From Terriglobia bacterium (GTDB lineage Bacteria; Acidobacteriota; Terriglobia; 20CM-2-55-15): a stretch of DNA of 64,000 nt. Made by a program: the position numbers and the translations under genes. Below the pieces are notes generated by a model. It had not been told where the DNA came from, did no database searches, and saw only the letters and a program-made list of their open reading frames with translations. How positions within the stretch are numbered: the stretch's first letter is position 1; every line of letters begins with the position of its first letter. Positions 1-10,677 of this stretch are shown here, one piece after another. The DNA lies in contig CAXWPJ010000011.1 of assembly GCA_963664115.2 (NCBI GenBank), forward strand, positions 64,001 to 128,000, written 5' to 3'.

Positions 1-275
1 TCCGGTCGTAGTCCGCCGAATGCAGGCATCCTCCCGCCACGGCCTCCAAGCTGTTTGTTTGGAATGGAAGGAGTGCAGTAGATCGACTCGGCTAGCAGCA
101 GGATCTGTTCTCGGGCTGACGCCTCTGTCTCAGGGCAGCTAGGGTCCTCACGGCAATTTTTCATCATACCCGCTACCAGTTCGTCGAGAGCTTTCTTCAC
201 GTTGGCGGGGAGCTTCATCTTGGACGGGTCCTTCCAATGCCGCGCAATTTTCTTTTTAGCTTTCTTTTTCGCCAT
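1..275 (-). CDS. hypothetical protein, runs off the window edge; divergent from the integrase operon
   Basis: Open frame MAKKKAKKKIARHWKDPSKMKLPANVKKALDELVAG... continuing to base 1; GGAGGA RBS at 285-290 (minus strand); not in the ORF track. Confidence 0.6.
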   Translation of the reverse strand, partial: MAKKKAKKKIARHWKDPSKMKLPANVKKALDELVAGMMKNCREDPSCPETEASAREQILLLAESIYCTPSIPNKQLGGRGGRMPAFGGLRP

Positions 276-333
276 CGGGTCCATTCCTCCTACTCTGTCT
301 CGCTTCAACGAACCGATTTTAACCGCAAGCGAC

Positions 334-362
334 TTGACCTATACCTAATGATAGGTTATAAT
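334..362 (+). promoter_or_regulatory. sigma70 promoter with a palindrome in the spacer
   Basis: TTGACC (334-339), 17 bp, TATAAT (357-362); ACCTA-N4-TAGGT at 343-356. Confidence 0.7.
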
Positions 363-373
363 ACTAAAGTAAC

Positions 374-541
374 GTGGCAGAAAAGACTCAAAACCAACTC
401 AACGCAGCGGCCAGCCTACTCGGCAAGCGCAGTGCTGCGGTGCGCAGACGCAAGTGGGGTAAGCGCGAGTTTGATCGCAGGATGCGCGAGTGGGGCAAGC
501 TCGGGGGCCGACCCCGGAAGGCGGAGACGGCTAAACGTTGA
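374..541 (+). CDS. 55-aa basic protein with GGRPRK motif, putative DNA-binding regulator
   Basis: GTG..TGA frame MAEKTQNQLNAAASLLGKRSAAVRRRKWGKREFDRRMREWGKLGGRPRKAETAKR between the promoter and the integrase; below the ORF-track cutoff. Confidence 0.55.
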   Translation: MAEKTQNQLNAAASLLGKRSAAVRRRKWGKREFDRRMREWGKLGGRPRKAETAKR

Positions 542-1147
542 AAGAGACAGGGAGGCGAAGATAAGTGATCTATAAGAGAGGCAAGACTGGGATTTATTGG
601 TACGAGTTCATGTGGAAGGGTAAGCGCGTTCGGGAGAGCACAAATCAACGAAACAACCGGGTGGCGCGTCAGATGGAAGCAGCCAGAAAGACACAGTTTG
701 CGAAAGGTGAGGTCGGGATCGAGATAGTCGGACCAGGGCCCACTTTTGTGGACTACGCAGACAATTGGTTGAATGGCCACGCGAAAACGAATTGCAAGTA
801 TTCGACTTGGAAGAGTTACCAGTCGGTCATCGAAAATCACCTTAAGCCGTTATTTGGGTCACGACGGATCGACGAGATCACACGCAAGGATGTGGAGCGC
901 CTGATAACTAAGAAGTTACGGCGGGAAAATGCCGCTCGATCCACAGTGCGGAACATTATCGCTCCACTGCGCGAGATGCTTAACCACGCCGTCGATGATG
1001 ATGAATTGGCGATCAGCATAAATCCGGCTAACCGAGTTGGGCGCTATTTCAGAAACGTGAACGCGAAAAAGACTCGTCTGAACGTAAACGCGTTGACGAA
1101 GCCGGAAATTAGCCGTCTTATCGACGCGGCTACTCGGTTTGGGTTTC

Positions 1148-2532
1148 GAGTTATAACCGAATCTGGTGTTTGAGGGATTGAGAAAAAGCGGCGTATCTGG
1201 TTGATTTGTTGTGACAAAACTTCAAAGCAACCAAAGGAGATACGCCGCTGTGAGCAAGAGTAACGTGAATGGACCGGAAGGTCGAGAAACGATTGGAGAT
1301 CCGGTGACCGAGCTATTACGAGTTGGAGCGCAGCAACTGATCCAGCAGGCCGTGGAAGCCGAATTGGCAGAACTGCTATCCCAGCACGGTGATCGACGAA
1401 CCGAGACGGGCAACGCCGGGGTGGTGCGCAACGGTTATCTGCCAGAACGCGAACTGCAGACCGGCCTGGGTCCGGTAACGGTGCAAATTCCGAAGGTCCG
1501 TGCCAAGACAGGCGAAGCTGTGACGTTCCGATCGGCGCTGGTACCGCCCTACATTCGGAAGACGAAATCGCTGGAAGCAGCGGTGCCGTGGTTGTATTTG
1601 AAAGGCGTCTCCAGCGGCGAGATGGGGGACGCCCTAAGAGTTCTTGTCGGTCCCCATGCGCAGGGACTGTCGGCGAGTACGGTATCGCGATTGAAACAGT
1701 CCTGGGCCGAGCAGTACCGCCGTGGAAGCGAGGAGCGTTTGGATGCCGATCGCTGGGTCTATGTCTGGGCCGACGGCATCTACAGCGGACTTCGGGCGGA
1801 ACAAAGCAAGTTGTGCGCATTGGTCGTGATCGGCGTGAATGAACGCGGAGAGAAGCGTTTTCTGGCGATCGAGGATGGTATCCGGGAATCGACACAGAGT
1901 TGGCGTGAGGTCTTGTTGAAGCTGAAGTCACGTGGAATGAATATCCCGGAGTTGGCCATCGGTGACGGTGCGATGGGGTTCTGGGCCGCACTGGAAGAGA
2001 TCTATCCCAAGACACGCCAACAACGCTGCTGGATGCACAAAGTCATGAACGTGCTCAACTGCCTGCCCAAGTCGGCCCAGCCGAAGGCAAAGCAGGCCTT
2101 GCACTCGATCTGGCAGGCCGAGACAAAGGCGGACGCCGAGAAGGCATTCGACCTGTTCATTGAAACCTATGAGCCGAAGTATCCGAAAGCCACTCTCTGC
2201 CTCCAGAAAGACAGAGAAGAACTGCTGGCCTTCTTCGACTTCCCGGCCAAGCACTGGCAGAGCATCCGAACGACGAATCCCATCGAGTCGACCTTTGCCA
2301 CCATTCGCCACCGGACCAAGCGATCCAGGGGGTGCCTGACACGGGACGGCATGTTGCACATGATGTTCAAACTCGGCCAATGTGCCCAGAAGAACTGGCG
2401 ACGATTACGAGGGTTCGATGATCTGGCCAAGGTGATTACTGGAGTGAAATTCAACGATGGAATCGAAGTGACAAACGTCGATCAGGCCGCCGCTTGAATC
2501 AATCTTCCAAACACCACTTTTGACAATAACTC
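1148..2532 (+). mobile_element. IS256-family insertion sequence, 1385 bp
   Basis: Imperfect terminal inverted repeats GAGTTATAACCGAATCTGGTGTTTG / CAAACACCACTTTTGACAATAACTC; 9-bp target duplication TTGGGTTTC at 1139-1147 and 2533-2541. Confidence 0.95.
1250..2497 (+). CDS. IS256-family (Mutator) DDE transposase
   Basis: Motifs RNGY, LYLKGVS, WADG, IGDG, QRCWMH, RTTNPIES; AAGGAG RBS before GTG 1250 (track start 1211). Confidence 0.95.
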   Translation: MSKSNVNGPEGRETIGDPVTELLRVGAQQLIQQAVEAELAELLSQHGDRRTETGNAGVVRNGYLPERELQTGLGPVTVQIPKVRAKTGEAVTFRSALVPPYIRKTKSLEAAVPWLYLKGVSSGEMGDALRVLVGPHAQGLSASTVSRLKQSWAEQYRRGSEERLDADRWVYVWADGIYSGLRAEQSKLCALVVIGVNERGEKRFLAIEDGIRESTQSWREVLLKLKSRGMNIPELAIGDGAMGFWAALEEIYPKTRQQRCWMHKVMNVLNCLPKSAQPKAKQALHSIWQAETKADAEKAFDLFIETYEPKYPKATLCLQKDREELLAFFDFPAKHWQSIRTTNPIESTFATIRHRTKRSRGCLTRDGMLHMMFKLGQCAQKNWRRLRGFDDLAKVITGVKFNDGIEVTNVDQAAA

Positions 2533-3219
2533 TTGGGTTTCAGACTTATGCCCTAATCCTCTTCGCGGTTCGTACTGGGCTACGGATGGGAGAACTATTC
2601 GGGCTTCAGTGGTCAGATCTAGATTTGGACTCCCGATTCGTTGAGGTCCGTCGAAATATCGTAAGGGGGCGGACTGGAACGCCGAAAAGCGGCTACCTTC
2701 GTCGAGTAGACTTATCTAACCAGTTAGTAAAGGCGTTGATGGATCTGCAACGCCGGAGGAAAGAGGAATACTTTAAATTAGGCGAAGACATGCCTGAGTG
2801 GGTCTTTATCAACGGAGAAGGCCGACCGCTTGATCAAAACAATTTGAGGAATCGAATCTTCTACCGGGTGCTCGACTCGGCAGGTCTGCGGCGCGTTCGC
2901 TTCCACGACTTAAGGCATTCCTTTGCAAGTCTGTTACTCCAACAAGGTGAATCTCTTGCGTATGTGAAGGAACAGCTTGGGCACGAATCCATTAAGATGA
3001 CCGTGGATATTTACGGCCATCTGATTCCGGGCACCAACAAGCAGGCCGTGGACCGGCTCGACGATGTCGGGGCGGTGAACTTTTAGAACAGTCGGACAGT
3101 GTGAGTGCCGGGGAGTCCGGCTCGAAACCTACTCGCCCCAAAGATCGGACTCCCCACAGATCCCCCCACAGGCGAATAGTCGCGGGTTCGCTCGCCTACG
3201 TAAGTTGTCTGTTATCAAG

Positions 3220-3293
3220 TACGCCCAGAGGGATTCGAACCCCCGACCTACGGATTCGAAGTCCGACGCTCTATCCAGCTGAGCTATGGGCGC
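3220..3293 (-). tRNA. tRNA-Arg(UCG), CCA not encoded
   Basis: Reverse complement GCGCCCATAGCTCAGCTGGATAGAGCGTCGGACTTCGAATCCGTAGGTCGGGGGTTCGAATCCCTCTGGGCGTA folds as a cloverleaf; anticodon loop CTTCGAA. Confidence 0.95.
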
Positions 3294-3480
3294 GTGCGAC
3301 TGATTCTAACAGGTTAGAACGGATTTCGGCAGGAGGGACAGGCTCCGAAAGCGTCATTGTGCCCGGATTTGTGCTCATCGCGAGGGCATCGTCAGGTTAA
3401 CTCCCTGCGCGACACGATGCCGTCCGGCTATATAGCTCTCGTCGCAGGCCCCCTGAATCGTTTCTGCTTATCGTGCGAAC

Positions 3481-4329
3481 TCAATCCTCCGGATACTTGT
3501 CTCCCGGATAGGCGAATATGACTTCCCTTCTGGCCACGTCAGGATCGCAGTCATGCCAGCGCGGGTTCGGCCCCCCCGCCTCGCGGCTCAAGTGGAACGA
3601 GTACTTGAACGGCCGCGTCAGGAACGTGGGGTCTTCAAGAGTAACGATCAGCCTCAAGTGGTCGTCATCGATGATTTGATAGCGCTCGGTGAGCTTCTTC
3701 CGCACCGAAGACGCCATATGGAGATGATCGTCCATGCCGTCCGGATCGAACGTGAAGTTGGTCGTTTCAACAACCAGGTCGTCCCCGTCAAACCGGCCGA
3801 TCGAGTGGCCCTGCTGAAACAAGAATTTTGACGGCGGGTGTCCGCGTCCATCCATCCATATGTCCCGGGTAATCTGGTCCGCCGGGTCCGGATGTTGAAA
3901 CACGAGCTTGTCCAAATATCCCCATATATGCACCCCACTGTCGAACACTGTCGGAATGCTCACATTCGCGCACTCGGCCAGCACCGGCGACGCCCGGTGG
4001 TCCGCAAACACCAGCCACGCCTCTCCGCGTTTGTTCAACGGGAGTTGGTCGACCGGCATCGCGCAGTTCAACAGTTTTTCGCCATAGTCTCCCAGACGGC
4101 CGCCACAGTTGCCGCGGTCCTCACTGGCGGGACCTTCGGCACCCCTTCCGATCCCCGTACCCCAGCTCCCGATAAACGAAAAGGACTTGTCGAACTGCTC
4201 ATCGCTCTGGGCGGCCAAAACCGGAGGCCCAAACAGAATCATCAACGTTAGGAAGCCGCCGACCGCAATCTGGTTCCATCCTCGGTTCTGGCCAGTCACT
4301 CTAGCCTTCCTGACACCTGTCATTGGCAT
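3481..4329 (-). CDS. secreted two-Cys family protein (paralog 1)
   Basis: Signal peptide; RDIWMDGRGHP, GHSIGRFDGDDLVVETTNF, ERY, EDP motifs and C-terminal Cys. Confidence 0.85.
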   Translation of the reverse strand: MPMTGVRKARVTGQNRGWNQIAVGGFLTLMILFGPPVLAAQSDEQFDKSFSFIGSWGTGIGRGAEGPASEDRGNCGGRLGDYGEKLLNCAMPVDQLPLNKRGEAWLVFADHRASPVLAECANVSIPTVFDSGVHIWGYLDKLVFQHPDPADQITRDIWMDGRGHPPSKFLFQQGHSIGRFDGDDLVVETTNFTFDPDGMDDHLHMASSVRKKLTERYQIIDDDHLRLIVTLEDPTFLTRPFKYSFHLSREAGGPNPRWHDCDPDVARREVIFAYPGDKYPED

Positions 4330-4618
4330 CCTCCTAAAGCACGCGGATTCATTCGCAGCTCAGAACGCTCGTCCTCAGATCCGAGGATCAAGCATCTAGA
4401 GAACCCCTCCGGCCTGTTCCACGCTCGTCCTACAGGCCGGAGGCCAAAGCGTCGACAGAGCCCGTCTCAAATGGCGTACTTCAAACCGAACCTGCATGAT
4501 TCGCGGGTCATTGACCGACGTGATCCTCCAAAAACGGCTGTTCTCACCGGGTTTCGGCATTGTTGCGTTGGCCGCCGGCTGTCCGTCGTCGCGCAGCCAT
4601 ACCTGAACCAGTCCTTTT

Positions 4619-5716
4619 CTACTCTCGGAAGTCCCGTTGAGCTTGATAGCACTCGACCAGGACGGTGAAAAAACGGTCGACAGCGTCTCGGTTGACAAAC
4701 GAATGGGGCTCTCCCTCGTATTCAAAGAACAAGCCGCCATATGTGTCTTCTACATCTCGCGTTGCAGTCGGATTCATGATTCTCCACACGCGCGCCTTCT
4801 CCTGAATGTTCCCGTGGCTGTATGTCGGCGTGAGGATCGTGTCGGCTCCGGCCTCGGCGGCAATTTCCTTGAACCGCCGTGTCGAATCCACCCAGGTGTT
4901 CATCATAGTCACGCCGTCCGGAAAATACCGGACTCCCTGCCGGCCGATCGAGATGTCCGCGCCGCCCCAGAAGGCGGCCACGTGCCGGTCCTCGTCCGAA
5001 GTCACACTCCGCCTGTTCCACAGCGGTTCGATAATCATCGAAAGCGTGCCCGGTGTCTGCCCCGGAGTCACGTAGAACGTGATCGTGACGTCCCCCAGCG
5101 TCAGTGCCTGGCCGTCGGTGACCACCATGTCCCTCGTCGGCTTGAGCTCCTGTGGATTGTTGTCGCCGGCCACGACCTCCCAGGCCGCCTCCGACATCAC
5201 AACACGCGCCGACGGGTAAGCTCTCTGGAGAACGCTCGCGCCGGAATAGCGGTCGATGAGAGCATCCGAGACGATGATGTACCTGAGGTTCTCGGGTTCG
5301 ACACCGAACCTGAGCAGGTTCAGGACCAAGTCTTCGCTGTTGTAGTCGAAGCCCGGGTCGATAACGACGACCCCTTCTGAGGTGTTGACGGCATACACCG
5401 GGTAATCCTGTGCGCCTATAGAATAGAGATTGTCGAAAAGCCTCACCGGCCGTAGGTACCATTCCGACCACGACATCTCCACACTCCGGTCCTGCTGCCG
5501 GATCTGATCCGGCAGTGTGGGTTCGGCGCACATCTGGTCGAACAATCCGTCGAAAACGTGAAACGGCTGTAAGGGATTTTCGACGGCCGGCCGCACCGCG
5601 GCCCTGGCCGCCGGCACATGCACTTCGACCTCACCGGCCTGTGCGTTGGCGTCCGTGACGATCCCGCTCACACACAGGAATACGCCACACACTGCAGGCG
5701 CCAGATAGCCTCTCAT
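4619..5716 (-). CDS. secreted subclass-B3-like metallo-beta-lactamase-fold protein lacking His ligands
   Basis: PVRLFDNLY, TSEGVVVIDPG, L.LGD.T; SDALIDR where HxHxDH is expected and TPGQTPG for TPGHTPG; RBS before ATG 5716. Confidence 0.8.
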   Translation of the reverse strand: MRGYLAPAVCGVFLCVSGIVTDANAQAGEVEVHVPAARAAVRPAVENPLQPFHVFDGLFDQMCAEPTLPDQIRQQDRSVEMSWSEWYLRPVRLFDNLYSIGAQDYPVYAVNTSEGVVVIDPGFDYNSEDLVLNLLRFGVEPENLRYIIVSDALIDRYSGASVLQRAYPSARVVMSEAAWEVVAGDNNPQELKPTRDMVVTDGQALTLGDVTITFYVTPGQTPGTLSMIIEPLWNRRSVTSDEDRHVAAFWGGADISIGRQGVRYFPDGVTMMNTWVDSTRRFKEIAAEAGADTILTPTYSHGNIQEKARVWRIMNPTATRDVEDTYGGLFFEYEGEPHSFVNRDAVDRFFTVLVECYQAQRDFRE

Positions 5717-6458
5717 GGCACTCTCCTTATCGTTCGAAATAGATTCTTGAAGAACGTCCAAACGATCATAATCGGAGGGTGTCGGCCGGGTCAAAGATAG
5801 TATCTGCGCTAATCAATTCGTTCCTTTGCCAACGGGTGCGTTGTCGGCGCGGATTCTCGGCCCAGGGTCTGCCAAGCCTGAGGCGTCTCGTTCCTGGTCG
5901 CGTGTGGAACGAGCCCGGCACGATACTTCTCGACCGGGTCCCGAAGTCGCAAAAATGCCGTCTAGAATCCTTCCTGAACCACGATTGGGCCGGTGATCGA
6001 TCTATGGTAAGGAGATTTTCTCCGGGTTGGTGCCACTGGATCCACAACCGCAAGAGCGGCACGCGGCGTGAAAACGTTGGGAGCGTCTCGAGAACACCGC
6101 TCGGCTTTCCCTCCATTTCCACAACGCCGTCGGCGATACGTTTAGCCCTCAGCCGGCAGGTGTGCACGGTGGTGGCGCCGAGCAGAAGCGTCTAAGCGAT
6201 GGTGAACGCCTGTGCCAGACTGTGTTTCCCTGCGTTCCGCAAGGTCAACGATACCGTATACCATCATATGGAATAGCGACTTAGCGACTGGCTTGATATC
6301 AGCCGCCTCCCAGCATTCAACGAAAAATCGCCATCTGGCCCCAACCCATTAACAAACTGCTTGACGGTAAAAGTGCTTGAAGCTAAACGAATTGACCCGT
6401 ATATTAGGGCCAATTCGCCCATTTGAAAACCGAGCAAGTGCAGGAGGGACATTTAAAC

Positions 6459-8355
6459 ATGAAACCCGCGCAATTCTCCGTAATGATTCTGGCTGTAATG
6501 GTCATGGTGATTTTGTCTTGGCCGTTTGCCGCCACTGCACAGCAAGACGCAAGCCCGCCGCAAGTGGATCAGGACCGCATTGAAGAGGCGCACGCCCCGC
6601 TGTTTTCCGGTCAGGATGAGGCCCTGGATGCGGGCCGGTTGACGGAATCTGTGGCTTCGTCGTTGCCGGACACAGGGGCTTCCTATGAGCCCATAGCTCT
6701 AAATAATTTCGTCGACGAATTCGTCTTCGGAAAGATGGAACGCGACAATGTTCCACATGCGCCTCTGGCGGGTGATGCAAAGTTTCTGCGAAGGGCGTAC
6801 CTGGATCTGACAGGCCTTTTGCCGACGATAGATGAGGCCCGTTCGTTCCTAGCAAACACCGATCCGAATAAGCGCGACGCGCTGATCGACACGCTGATCG
6901 ACACAGAGGCATTCGCGGATCAGTGGGCATATCATTACGGGGAACTGTTCAGAACGGACGACGCCCGTTTTCACCTTTGGACAAAGCAATGGCTCAGGGT
7001 CGACCGGCCCTATAACGAAGTCTTTTATGACATCGTTACGCCGACCACCAAGTATGCGGGGGGGGCTCCCGGCGGCGATGTACTTTGATCCCACCACCTA
7101 CACGAACACTCGCTGCATCTTTATTACCGATAGCGACCATTAAAAAGCTTTTAACCGTCTGGACTGGATGGATGAGGTCACCTCGGATCTTTCGCGCGTT
7201 TTTCTTGGCCTTACGGTGGACTGCAGTTCCTGCCATAACGGCGCGGGTCACACCGACACCGTGAATCTTTGGTTGACGGACAAGAGGAGATCCGACTTCC
7301 ACCAGCAGTCGGCCATCTTTGGAAATCTGCGGCTCACGGCATCCGGTGGCTTCCAGAATGGTGCCCCCACGTTCGACGACGGGGCGCCGGGATATAACAC
7401 CGCGGACGACGGAGCTTACTATACCCCGTCAGAGATGCGTTTCCCGCGTGATGGCAGAACCTACGAACCGGCCTTCCTGTTGACTGGAGAAACGCCAGCG
7501 CCCGGTGAGAATCCCCGTAAGTTTTTCGGAAGGGTAGCGCCCCAGCATATCCAATTCGCGCGCGCGGCGGTCAACATCATTTGGAAGAAGTTGATGGCGG
7601 TGGGTCTGGTCGAGCCCTACGATGGTTTTGATTTGCTGCGTCTGGATCCGAACAATCCGCCACCGGAGCCGTGGACCATTCAGCCGACCAATCCTGAATT
7701 GCTGGAGGCGCTGGCCGAAGATTTCCGCACGAACAACTTCAGCGTGAAACGCATGATCCGGACCATTATGAAATCGAACGCCTATCAACTCGATACGAGC
7801 TTTGAAGGGGAATGGGTGGATGCCTATATCCCATATCATGCGCGCAAGTTCGCTCGGATTTTGACGGGCCCGGAGGCGGTCGATATCGTGGCACAGGCCA
7901 CCGATACGTCGGCCACGTTCGAGATGGAGCAGTATGGAGAGTCCCAGAGGTACGTCAAAGAGCTGACCAATCCCGCAAACACGAGGACCAACCGGAATCC
8001 GGAAAATAGGGAAGTCTTTGCGTTCATGCAGGCGTATTACCAGACCGAGCGCGCCCTGCCACCGGCCGATAAGAGTCGGGCCAGTCCGGTGCAGGCAATG
8101 ATGATGATGGGTTCGCCCGTGATCACCAGCCGGGTGGACGCCCGAGGGGAGACGCGAGTCGCCAGCCTGGTGAACTCCAACAAAACAGATGATGAAATCA
8201 TCGAGGAACTGGTCCTGTCGAGCATGTCACGCTTGCCCACAGTCGATGAGCTGGTATTGGGGAAGCGTTTTATTGCAGAGAAAGGCAGGCGCGATGGTGT
8301 TGAGGCCATCCAGTGGGTGCTGCTGAATAGTACAGAGTTCTTACTGAATCACTAA
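6459..8355 (+). pseudogene. DUF1549/DUF1553 (Planctomycete PSD1-type) protein with CxxCH, disrupted
   Basis: FLRRAYLDLTGLLPT, FLGLTVDCSSCH, GLVEP.D, PTNPELLEALA, WVLLNSTEFLLNH; frameshift at G8 run 7058-7065 and in-frame TAA at 7141-7143. Confidence 0.8.
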
Positions 8356-8388
8356 GGCATTTAACGTTTGCAGCGAGGAGAACAAGGA

Positions 8389-9846
8389 ATGCGAAAACGA
8401 ATAGGGGATTTGACCCGCCGCGATTTGCTGAAATTGTTCGGTGTGGGCGTGGGCGCGTCGCTTGCTGGCCAAGTCGCGTCGCCGCGCAAGGTTCGAGCCG
8501 CACAAGGTTCGAGGGTGACGCCACGAGGGTCGGCGCGCAATTGTATTGTGATTCAAAATGGAGGCGCCCCGAGTCCGTGGGAGACCTTCGACTTCAAGGA
8601 AACGAAGTGGACGGCGGATGATCTGGATATTCAGCGGGTAAATTCGGAAGTCGTTCTGTCGAAAACCCTCTTCCCCCGTGCCCATGAAACCTGGGCGCCA
8701 CGAGCCTCCTTTGTTCGTTCAATGAGGGGAGGCGCGTTGGTTCACTTCCCGGCCCAGTACCACCAACAGGCCGGTCGCGCACTGAACACCGCAATCGTCC
8801 GGGAGGTTCCGGCATTGGGCAGCGTCGTCGCGAGTGAGCTCGATTCCGAGCGTCGAGAGTCCGACACGTTTCCCACGTTTGTCAGTCTCGACTTGTGGAA
8901 CATTCGGTGTGCGCCATTGGGATCTGGAATGTTGCATCCTCGCTTTGCGGGACTGGACCTCAACACAACCAGCGTATTCGATGCCTTCGGTGGCGATGGT
9001 CCGGAGAGCAATTCGAAGTTGGCGGAACGCTGGGAGGCGCTGAACCGATGGTCAGAGGTTTCCAACCCAGGGGGCAACGACCGGTTTGGCCCGAAGAACG
9101 AAGAATACCAGGCCTCCTATGACTACGGCATCGAGGTCTTACTGGATCCACGGTTTAAGACAGCACTCAACCTGACCGATGAGGAGAAGACGCGGTACGG
9201 CGTGGATGTCGATGGCGGGAACACGAAGCTGGGCCTGGGAATGCTCCTGGCGCGGAATCTGCTGGCCGCCGATGCGGGTACGCGAATGCTGTGGGTGGCC
9301 AACGGCTACAATGGCAGAAACGGGGTATTTGATAACCATTCGGGCCTGTACAAGAGGGGCGTCCCGGCATCAGCCCAGGCACAACCGATATATACAAGCG
9401 TCCCCAGGTTTGATCTAGCGTTCTCGGCCCTGGTTGAAGACCTTCTGGCCATGCCCGGCCATGAACCTGGAAAGACGATGTTAGATGAAACCCTGATAGT
9501 CGTCACCCAGGAATTCGGACGCACACCAGAAATGAACTCTGCCGGCGGCCGTGACCATTTCGGCCCCCTGTTTACGAATGTGTTTCTGGGAGGCGGCGTC
9601 CAGGAGGGACGGGTGATCGGCAAGACGGACGGAACCGGCGAGAATTTGATCGAAACGGGTTGGCAACATCGAGAACAACCAATGATGGATCACGTCACGT
9701 CGACAATCTATTCGGCTTTGGGCATCGATTACAGCAAGGTATTCGAAGACACGCCATCGGGACGCGTCTTCGAACTCCAGCAAACCGCCCCGCTCGGGGG
9801 TCCGGCGTTTATTCCTCGGACGGAGATCCACGAGTTGTTTGTATGA
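8389..9846 (+). CDS. DUF1501 family protein with Tat signal
   Basis: TRRDLLK twin-arginine motif; GGAPSPWETFD.K, ARNLL.A..G.R, FDNH, EFGRTP..N..GGRDH. Confidence 0.88.
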   Translation: MRKRIGDLTRRDLLKLFGVGVGASLAGQVASPRKVRAAQGSRVTPRGSARNCIVIQNGGAPSPWETFDFKETKWTADDLDIQRVNSEVVLSKTLFPRAHETWAPRASFVRSMRGGALVHFPAQYHQQAGRALNTAIVREVPALGSVVASELDSERRESDTFPTFVSLDLWNIRCAPLGSGMLHPRFAGLDLNTTSVFDAFGGDGPESNSKLAERWEALNRWSEVSNPGGNDRFGPKNEEYQASYDYGIEVLLDPRFKTALNLTDEEKTRYGVDVDGGNTKLGLGMLLARNLLAADAGTRMLWVANGYNGRNGVFDNHSGLYKRGVPASAQAQPIYTSVPRFDLAFSALVEDLLAMPGHEPGKTMLDETLIVVTQEFGRTPEMNSAGGRDHFGPLFTNVFLGGGVQEGRVIGKTDGTGENLIETGWQHREQPMMDHVTSTIYSALGIDYSKVFEDTPSGRVFELQQTAPLGGPAFIPRTEIHELFV

Positions 9847-10643
9847 ACAGACTGATAGTGTTCGCGATCCTGTGTTCCGTTTGCGCCGCGTTGCCAATCG
9901 CGGCGCAAACGGGGGCACCGGAAGGCATGGTGCAGATTCCCGCCGGCGAGTTCTGGATGGGCCGTGCCCACGCCATCGATAATGATGCGGACGATAACTT
10001 GCCGCGGGTCTGGCGGGATGACAGGCCCGCCAACCTGGTTTATTTGGACGCCTTCTACATTGATCAATACGAGGTAGGAAACGCGGACTATGCCCGGTTT
10101 CTGGAAGCGACGGGCGCTCAGGCGCCGTGGCACTGGCCCGAAGGCGAAATCGCTGAGGGTCAAGAACGGCAAGCTGTTTCCAACGTCAACTGGTTCGAGG
10201 CGGACGCCTACTGCCAGGCGGCAGGCAAACGTCTCCCCACCGAAGCGGAATGGGAGAAGGGGGTACGAGGCGGGCGAGATCGGGAAATTTACGCATGGGA
10301 CGGTGGCGTCGTTGCGGACGAGTATCGCCCAACTTTCGAAGCCGGCGGGCCGGCAGCTGTTTCCCTTAACAAGGCCGCGGCCGTCGGATCATATCCACCC
10401 AACGGTTATGGTCTCTACGACATGATCGGTAACGTGATCGAATGGACCAATGACTGGTATGACCGCGGTTACTATGCTTTCATGCCGAAAACCAATCCAC
10501 AGGGACCCGACGACGGTCTATACAAAAGCACTCGTGGCGGTGGTTGGGCGGAAGGCCGGGGCTCAAAGTTGGCGAATTATTACCGCAACTTCAGTGATCC
10601 TGATCTCCGTGGCTCCACGATAGGCTTCCGCTGCGCACAGTAA
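9843..10643 (+). CDS. secreted formylglycine-generating-enzyme (SUMF1/FGE-sulfatase) domain protein
   Basis: MVQIPAGEFWMG, RLPTEAEWE, NGYGLYDMIGNVIEW, RGGGW, GFRC; ATGA overlap with the DUF1501 stop. Confidence 0.9.
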   Translation: MNRLIVFAILCSVCAALPIAAQTGAPEGMVQIPAGEFWMGRAHAIDNDADDNLPRVWRDDRPANLVYLDAFYIDQYEVGNADYARFLEATGAQAPWHWPEGEIAEGQERQAVSNVNWFEADAYCQAAGKRLPTEAEWEKGVRGGRDREIYAWDGGVVADEYRPTFEAGGPAAVSLNKAAAVGSYPPNGYGLYDMIGNVIEWTNDWYDRGYYAFMPKTNPQGPDDGLYKSTRGGGWAEGRGSKLANYYRNFSDPDLRGSTIGFRCAQ

Positions 10644-10677
10644 GAAGAACAACCAAAAAACCTCAGGACGTAGCGTT

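Larger units (their letters stand above)
565..3086 (+). pseudogene. phage-type tyrosine integrase interrupted by IS256
   Basis: N-terminal arm-binding/core part 565-1147; catalytic part 2542-3086 with RTGLRMGE, HDLRH, LGH and Y motifs; removing the IS restores a 375-aa frame (...AATRFGFQTYAL...). Confidence 0.93.

Noticed and set aside
237-575. 112-aa ORF from the track
   Set aside because: Spans the promoter and overlaps the better-supported ORFs 1-275(-) and 374-541(+)
1044-2015. 323-aa minus-strand ORF
   Set aside because: Antisense to the transposase, low-complexity Arg/Pro/Ser composition, and crosses the IS boundary
5766-6195. Overlapping 133/138-aa ORFs in the intergenic region
   Set aside because: No RBS, signal peptide or family motif; cannot be supported
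7141-7143. Stop-codon recoding in the DUF1549/1553 gene
   Set aside because: The stop is TAA, not TGA or TAG, and a separate frameshift is also needed
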